Assembly (NCBI GenBank): GCA_028439825.1
Contig: JAMHKV010000002.1
Location: forward strand, 27,523 to 91,522
Reading direction: 5' to 3'
DNA: 64,000 nt
Origin: Nitrosopumilus sp.
GTDB taxonomy: Archaea > Thermoproteota > Nitrososphaeria > Nitrososphaerales > Nitrosopumilaceae
The notes under the pieces were generated by a model. That model saw only the letters and a list, made by a program, of their open reading frames with translations. It was not told where the DNA came from and searched no databases. Shown in pieces: positions 58,320 to 64,000 of this stretch; position 1 is the stretch's first letter, and every line of letters begins with the position of its first letter. The position numbers and the translations under genes were made by a program.

Positions 58320-59625
58320 CTACTGAAATCAACTGAGCTACTTCCTCTTTAATTGATTTACTTAGAGCTTTATTTCCTAGGAATACCTTAAAACCAGCTT
58401 TGAAATCCTTTTCAAGACCTTTTGGTATGCCTATCTCAAGATTTTTTTCCAAAAATTCTTTCATAAAACTTTCGGCATTCGTATGTTTTCTTTTTTCTAA
58501 TGAAATTATTTTTCTATTATTTCCAACCCACACTAATTCTGCATTATTGAGATTTTTAGAAATAAAACTGTGGGCACTATCTTCTCTAAAAAACTCTGGT
58601 CCATTTTTTTGATATATTTCATTTATTTTTGTAGACTCTAAAAAGAAAATAAGATATGCTTCCTTTTGTTCATCTGTATGGGATTTGCTCCTAAGTACTG
58701 TAAATCCCCCTAATTCTAATTGTGTAGACAATGTTGATGTTGCTCTTTTAATTTGTCCCCATATAATATCGGAACTTCTGGTCTTAAATTCAAATTTTAC
58801 AATTAGTAAATTACCCCAAAATTTCTTTGATATTTTTGATTTTTTAATTTTAAAAAATTCTAAACTTGGTTTTTCTTTTAATGCTCTACAAATTAGAATG
58901 AATTTTCCAATATTTTCATTTGAAATAGCAGCAGCTAAATTTCTATTACTATCAATTGGATCAATTACAACTATTGCTGTATCAAAAGATTTTGATGTTG
59001 TTCCGATGATTTGATTTTCTTTAATCTTTGATATTGATTTTATTAAATTTTCAAAATTTCCAAATTCAAAAATTAAAACTTCTGAAATGTATCCACTAAA
59101 TCCTTGTTTTGCAATTTCTGCACCATAAATTTTATTAGATTTTAAAAATGTCTTGAGAATTCTAACTTCATTTTTCATTTTTAATGTCAATGATTTTTTC
59201 ATAAATTTTGTATGAAATGGTGATCTATCTGCAGCACTTTTCCATTCCCCACTTTTGACATCATAACATGGCACGATGTTAATTTTTGTGTCTTTAATTT
59301 TAGCTTCAACATAGGGATGTTGAGAATATCTGACATATGGAGAATATTTTTTTAGTGATTCAAAACCAATTTTCTTTGAAATACTTTCTAATTTTTCCTC
59401 AGAAGTACTTTTTTTAAATTTAATAAAAATATCGATATCTGCATTTTTTGATAACCATGTATCTTTAGCATATGAACCTCCAAATTCTAACTCTATTACT
59501 TCTGAATATTTTTGAATTTCTTTTTCAACTAACTTGAATACTTTATCTGCGATTTCTTTTTTTGCTTTTTGAATTACATTCGATGGAATTGTTGTTTTTG
59601 CAATTTTAGAAATTATTTGTTTCAT
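58294..59625 (-). CDS. cca: CCA-adding tRNA nucleotidyltransferase (class I)
   Basis: GSYAKDTWL...DIDIF, SAADRSPFH, GFSGY..E, IDP.D.NRN.AAA. Confidence 0.95.
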   Translation of the reverse strand: MKQIISKIAKTTIPSNVIQKAKKEIADKVFKLVEKEIQKYSEVIELEFGGSYAKDTWLSKNADIDIFIKFKKSTSEEKLESISKKIGFESLKKYSPYVRYSQHPYVEAKIKDTKINIVPCYDVKSGEWKSAADRSPFHTKFMKKSLTLKMKNEVRILKTFLKSNKIYGAEIAKQGFSGYISEVLIFEFGNFENLIKSISKIKENQIIGTTSKSFDTAIVVIDPIDSNRNLAAAISNENIGKFILICRALKEKPSLEFFKIKKSKISKKFWGNLLIVKFEFKTRSSDIIWGQIKRATSTLSTQLELGGFTVLRSKSHTDEQKEAYLIFFLESTKINEIYQKNGPEFFREDSAHSFISKNLNNAELVWVGNNRKIISLEKRKHTNAESFMKEFLEKNLEIGIPKGLEKDFKAGFKVFLGNKALSKSIKEEVAQLISVDGTLLHFN

Positions 59626-59725
59626 TATTTTACTACTGATTATTTTTTAATTGATTTTATATTAATTTGATTATTCTGATTAGTATCTAATAGTTAACTT
59701 CATAGACGAGTATTTTTTTTGATAT

Positions 59726-60277
59726 ATGTTGAGTAAATTACTTGTATGTTTAACAGGCATGCCTGGCGCTGGTAAATCTACTATTGCCGAAGGTTTGAAA
59801 TCTGAAGGTTATGAAATTATTAATTTAGGGAATGCAGTAAGGAATGAAGCTAAAAAGAGAAATCTAGATGCAAGTAGGGAAAATCTTGGAAAATTAATGT
59901 TAGAACTTAGAGAAAAAAATGGACCTGGTGCAATAGCTGAATTAGTTGAAATACAAATACAATCTTCTAATGCAAATGTATTGTTAATTGATGGTGTTAG
60001 ATCCAATGATGAAATACAGGTACTTAGAAAATTTGGAACTGTAAAACTATTAGCAATACATGCATCAACTGATACTCGGTTTAATTTCTTACAAAAGAGA
60101 GGAAGATCTGATGATCCACAAACAAAAGAACATTTCAATGAAAGGGATAATCGTGAATTAGGTGTTGGTATTAGCAACTCCATTGCACTATCTGATTTTG
60201 CAATATCTAATATTGGTTTAACAAAAGATGAATTAATAAAAAAATCATATGAAATAATTCAAAGATGGATTGAATGA
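59726..60277 (+). CDS. P-loop nucleotide kinase (UPF0200 / dephospho-CoA kinase-like)
   Basis: TGMPGAGKS, IDGVRS..E, RGRSDD, RD.REL..G. Confidence 0.85.
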   Translation: MLSKLLVCLTGMPGAGKSTIAEGLKSEGYEIINLGNAVRNEAKKRNLDASRENLGKLMLELREKNGPGAIAELVEIQIQSSNANVLLIDGVRSNDEIQVLRKFGTVKLLAIHASTDTRFNFLQKRGRSDDPQTKEHFNERDNRELGVGISNSIALSDFAISNIGLTKDELIKKSYEIIQRWIE

Positions 60278-60669
60278 AGATTCCAAACCTTAGCTGCAAA
60301 ATAGAAATGTTTTGTACTGTAAATCCTTCTGAATCTATCGAAAAAATAGAACAAGCAATATCTAATGTTTTTCCTTATGCAATCATAAACAATAATGATG
60401 TTTCAATTAATGCACACTCAAAAGAACTGAGATCTTTTGAAAAAATTTATCAATTTATACATAATAATAAACTACAAAAAATTTACTTGCGTTCACTTGA
60501 AGACAATTTGCAAGATGACACTACATGGTTCTATCTTAACAAACAAGCAGCATTTGTTGAACAAATAGCAATTTGTGAAGAATCTAATGAATCCCCATTA
60601 GGTCCAATTAAAGTCACTTTAACTTCATCAAATATCGATGCAATCATTGACTGGATAGTTTTTGATTAG
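60274..60669 (+). CDS. UPF0201/DUF54 putative RNA-binding protein
   Basis: VNPSE..EK...AI.NVFP, LNKQAA, ESPLGPI. Confidence 0.88.
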   Translation: MKIPNLSCKIEMFCTVNPSESIEKIEQAISNVFPYAIINNNDVSINAHSKELRSFEKIYQFIHNNKLQKIYLRSLEDNLQDDTTWFYLNKQAAFVEQIAICEESNESPLGPIKVTLTSSNIDAIIDWIVFD

Positions 60670-60753
60670 ATAAAACTACTTAAAAAAATTCACTCATTTT
60701 TGATTATTTTTTTTAGTTTGAATTTAAAATGAATTTTTTAACAATACTATAAC

Positions 60754-61167
60754 ATGTTGATAAAATTAGGCATAATTGTAGCTGTTTTCGTTTTAGGTGG
60801 TATGATGTTTTCTACAGAAATTACTGCATTATTTCCAAATACATCTGTGCTATTGTCTGATTCTTTAAAAAATGACATTAATTCACTTAATACAAAAATA
60901 ACTAATTCTGCTGAGAATCTTCTAGATACTTCTATTGACAAAACAATTCAAAGTGTCAGTGATAGTGTGTATGGAGGAATTACAGAAACTGGAGATAAAT
61001 TAGTTGAAAATGTTAATGAAAAAATTTCTGAAGGAATTACAGAAGCTGGAGATAATATTAAGAATGAAATTATAGAATCAAGTGAATCCTCTAAAGAAAA
61101 TATTACAAATGAAATCTCTAGCATTGATCCATTCAGTTTTATAAAAAATATATTTAAAACAGATTAA
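60754..61167 (+). CDS. hypothetical exported or membrane-anchored helical protein
   Basis: N-terminal hydrophobic segment; internal repeat GITETGD / GITEAGD. Confidence 0.65.
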   Translation: MLIKLGIIVAVFVLGGMMFSTEITALFPNTSVLLSDSLKNDINSLNTKITNSAENLLDTSIDKTIQSVSDSVYGGITETGDKLVENVNEKISEGITEAGDNIKNEIIESSESSKENITNEISSIDPFSFIKNIFKTD

Positions 61168-61171
61168 TTTT

Positions 61172-62071
61172 TTATTTAATTTCTACTTCTAAAAGATCTC
61201 TTGCAGTGATGACTGAATTATGAATTTTTCCTGCTTCATTTTGATGTCCAATTTCATCTTTATATCTTGCAGAAAAATGTGTTAAGATTAAATTTTTCAC
61301 ATTTGCATTTTTCCCTAACTCCGCAGCTTGTTTTGCAGTTGAATGACAAGTATCTTGTGCTTTTTGTTTTTCTTCATCAAGAAATGTTGAATCAAATACC
61401 AAGTAATCGCATTCATTGAAAAATAATTCCAATTCTTTTGTTGGCATTGTATCGCCTGAAATTCCTATTTTTTTTCCTGGACGTTTTGTACCTAATACTT
61501 GCTCAGGTCTAATTGTTTTTCCATTATTGCTTACTTTTTCTCCATTTTGTAATTTATTCCATAATTCACCTTCTGGTATGCCCAATTCGTTTGCTTTTTG
61601 AACATTAAATCTTCCTGGTTTATCTTTTTCTTCAAACAAATATGAAAATGCAGTTATTGAATGATTTGCTTTAGCTGCGTGAATTAAAAATTTATTATTT
61701 TCATACATTTTTCCTTCACTAACAATTGTAATTAAAATAGAAAATGGTAAGCTAAAGTTTAATATTTTAATATTGGCTGCAAGAAATTCATCAATTCCCT
61801 TAGGACCAAAAATTTCTAAAGACTCTGTTCTATTTTGCATTGACATTGTTTGTAATAGTCCCAAAATTCCTACACAATGATCTCCATGCAAATGTGTTAC
61901 AAACAATTTCATTTTTTTATTCCATCCTAGACCCGCTTTCGTATATGAAATCTGTGCAGATTCACCTGCATCAAACATTATGATTTCACCTTCCCTTTCT
62001 AAACATATGCAAGACAATCCTCTTTTTTGTGTAGGCTGTGCAGCTGATGTTCCTAAAAATACCAGTTTCAT
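61172..62071 (-). CDS. rnz: ribonuclease Z
   Basis: [17 protein letters not shown], exosite, [15 protein letters not shown]. Confidence 0.96.
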   Translation of the reverse strand: MKLVFLGTSAAQPTQKRGLSCICLEREGEIIMFDAGESAQISYTKAGLGWNKKMKLFVTHLHGDHCVGILGLLQTMSMQNRTESLEIFGPKGIDEFLAANIKILNFSLPFSILITIVSEGKMYENNKFLIHAAKANHSITAFSYLFEEKDKPGRFNVQKANELGIPEGELWNKLQNGEKVSNNGKTIRPEQVLGTKRPGKKIGISGDTMPTKELELFFNECDYLVFDSTFLDEEKQKAQDTCHSTAKQAAELGKNANVKNLILTHFSARYKDEIGHQNEAGKIHNSVITARDLLEVEIK

Positions 62072-63015
62072 TTAATCAAAATAGTTCTTGTGAGGCTTTT
62101 ATGCCTATAGATCTGATATTTTTTCAGTCCTTTTAATTTCATTTTAGAATCTAATTCTTTTTTATACATTAGAGCGATTTTCTTATGTTTAGGAATAATT
62201 GCGATAAATTTTTTTAAAATTTCTTCAGGTTTTTCTGATGCTTTTGAAGATCTACCATATGGTAAATCCGTAACAATTCCATCAAAATCATTTGAGATTT
62301 TTACTAATTCTTGAAAATCTGATTTTAAAATTTTTGATTTGTAATTATTAATTCTAAGATTTTCTTTAGAAATTTCACACATTTTTTCATCAAAATCTAT
62401 TCCAATTGCATTGATGCCCATTGATTCTGATTCAAGTAATGTTGTGCCTGTACCACAAAATGGATCACACACAGTTTCCCCTTTTTGCAATCCAATTAAA
62501 TTTATCATAACTCTTGTCAACTTCCAATCCAATTCGTGGGGATACTTTTTACTTTTTTTAGGGCGTTTTCTATCTTCATTTATTTCTGAAAAACCAAAAA
62601 AATTTTCTTCATTTGTAAAAATTAGATATACTGTAATGTCGGGATTTTCTAAATTTACTTTTGCATGTGTAAACTTAGATATCATATCCCCCATCGAACT
62701 CTCTAATTCTAATACATTCAATTTATTTGATGATAAGTTAACTACTCTACACACAAAACTTTGTGTATTTTTTAGAACTTGAAAATTTTTATCATCTAAA
62801 AATAACCCTGACATTTTTCTTAATATTTGTCCAGAAGTTTTTACAAATGTAGCACGCTCTGTAATTTTATTCCAATTAGTTTTTGATTGAATAATTATTA
62901 GATTTGAAATTATTTTTATTTTACTAAATCTATCATACATTTTTACAATTGCTACAACTTCATCTATTGCAAGTTCTAAATTATCTTTAGATACAATGAA
63001 AAAACTTTCTGGCAT
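62068..63015 (-). CDS. THUMP-domain tRNA methyltransferase (Trm11/TrmG10-like)
   Basis: [28 protein letters not shown]. Confidence 0.85.
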   Translation of the reverse strand: MPESFFIVSKDNLELAIDEVVAIVKMYDRFSKIKIISNLIIIQSKTNWNKITERATFVKTSGQILRKMSGLFLDDKNFQVLKNTQSFVCRVVNLSSNKLNVLELESSMGDMISKFTHAKVNLENPDITVYLIFTNEENFFGFSEINEDRKRPKKSKKYPHELDWKLTRVMINLIGLQKGETVCDPFCGTGTTLLESESMGINAIGIDFDEKMCEISKENLRINNYKSKILKSDFQELVKISNDFDGIVTDLPYGRSSKASEKPEEILKKFIAIIPKHKKIALMYKKELDSKMKLKGLKKYQIYRHKSLTRTILIK

Positions 63016-63893
63016 TACATTATTGCCTTTGCAATAGCTTTTGAAATATCCACTTTTGATGTTTTTCCTGGAATTGTATTTGTACTTATGATGCTTGTAA
63101 CTCCTGCTTTCTTTATTTTATTTTCAGCATCATTCATTAGAAGTGCATGTGTACATGCAACATAGATTCTTTTACATTTTTGTTTTTTAAGAAATTGTGT
63201 AGCTTTGATTATGCTGCCACCAGTACTTATCATATCGTCCACTAAAATTAAATCTCTGTTTTCAACTTCCGCTACATTTTTTGTTTTAATTTTTACTTTA
63301 CCTGTTTTTTTATCTCTTGTTTTCTCTAATGCGATATAATCTGAATTGAATTCTCTTGCAAATTCTTTTGCTCTTTCTTTTCCACCTTGATCTGGTGATA
63401 CAACTAAGGGGTTTTTCAGGCTCAATTTCTTAAAATATTCTGCAAGATCTGGGATTGCAGTTACGTTTTTTGTTTTGATGGTAAAATACTTCAATCCAAT
63501 TAAACTATGGATGTCTACAATAATTATTTTTGATGCTCCTGCACTTTTGAATAATTTACCAAGTACATTCATTGTAACAATCTCACCAGGCAAAAATTCT
63601 CTATCTTGTCTTGCATATCCCATATATGGAATTACAGCAGTTACTTCTGATGAGTTTTCTTTAGCTTTAGTGATTAATGATAATGCTTGAACTAAGTTGG
63701 TATCTACAGGTGGATATATTGATTGTACAACGATTGATTTTTTTTTTGACAACTTTCCAATTAATGTTATTTTACTTTCACCATCAGCAAAAACTCGTAT
63801 TTCTGATTTTACAAAATTTGCCTTTATTTTTTTTGATAGTTCCTTTGCTAAATTTTCAGAAGACTTTCCTGAAATGACTGATAATTCACTCAA
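63015..63893 (-). CDS. prs: ribose-phosphate pyrophosphokinase
   Basis: FADGE, PYMGYARQD, VSPDQG, VDDMISTGGS. Confidence 0.96.
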   Translation of the reverse strand: MSELSVISGKSSENLAKELSKKIKANFVKSEIRVFADGESKITLIGKLSKKKSIVVQSIYPPVDTNLVQALSLITKAKENSSEVTAVIPYMGYARQDREFLPGEIVTMNVLGKLFKSAGASKIIIVDIHSLIGLKYFTIKTKNVTAIPDLAEYFKKLSLKNPLVVSPDQGGKERAKEFAREFNSDYIALEKTRDKKTGKVKIKTKNVAEVENRDLILVDDMISTGGSIIKATQFLKKQKCKRIYVACTHALLMNDAENKIKKAGVTSIISTNTIPGKTSKVDISKAIAKAIM

Positions 63894-63941
63894 TAATAAA
63901 ACATAATTTGAGGGGATTCTTAAGTTTTGAGAATTTTTTTC

Positions 63942-64000
63942 CTATTCGTCGCCTTCTCCGCCACGACCTATGTCGCCTAATCCATACTCCTCAATTACTT
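63942..64000 (-). CDS. 3' end of an unidentified gene truncated by the window edge
   Basis: open frame ...VIEEYGLGDIGRGGEGDE-stop. Confidence 0.5.
   Translation of the reverse strand, partial: VIEEYGLGDIGRGGEGDE

Noticed and set aside
107-63906. Numerous short antisense or overlapping ORFs in the track (e.g. 107-355, 10984-11448, 26191-26562, 59809-60183)
   Set aside because: Shadow frames of well-supported genes.

Overview
AT-rich chromosomal segment of an ammonia-oxidising archaeon (Nitrosopumilaceae-like, judged from gene content). It carries core informational genes: aIF-1A, scpAB, rps8e, srp19, gar1, tfb, SSB, PolD DP1/DP2, cdc6/orc1, GINS, thermosome, cca, rnz, trm11 and prs. It also holds a split SUF Fe-S locus, two tetrapyrrole clusters (hemA/B/C/D/L, cobA, sirC, ahbAB, chdC-like, cbiE), an arsR/arsC/aquaporin set, sbtAB, pit, glnA, glyA, pgk and an intron-containing tRNA-Leu(CAA). 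The probable replication origin lies upstream of cdc6 (about 42690-43170, four ORB-like boxes). Two features stand out. (1) An origin-flanking cluster of four small putative DNA-binding genes, one of them membrane-anchored, sits among two dense motif arrays (GTTAAC palindromes; 15 ATCAC boxes in 313 bp that extend into coding sequence). It is a candidate origin-tethering or segregation module. (2) A cyclophilin gene has a CFI-box-CTERM tail that is sharply GC-rich. It is followed by a GGTTTT-repeat spacer and then a decayed second copy of the same tail, suggesting a cassette that replaces C-terminal anchors. All functional calls come from motif recognition by eye; no searches were run.
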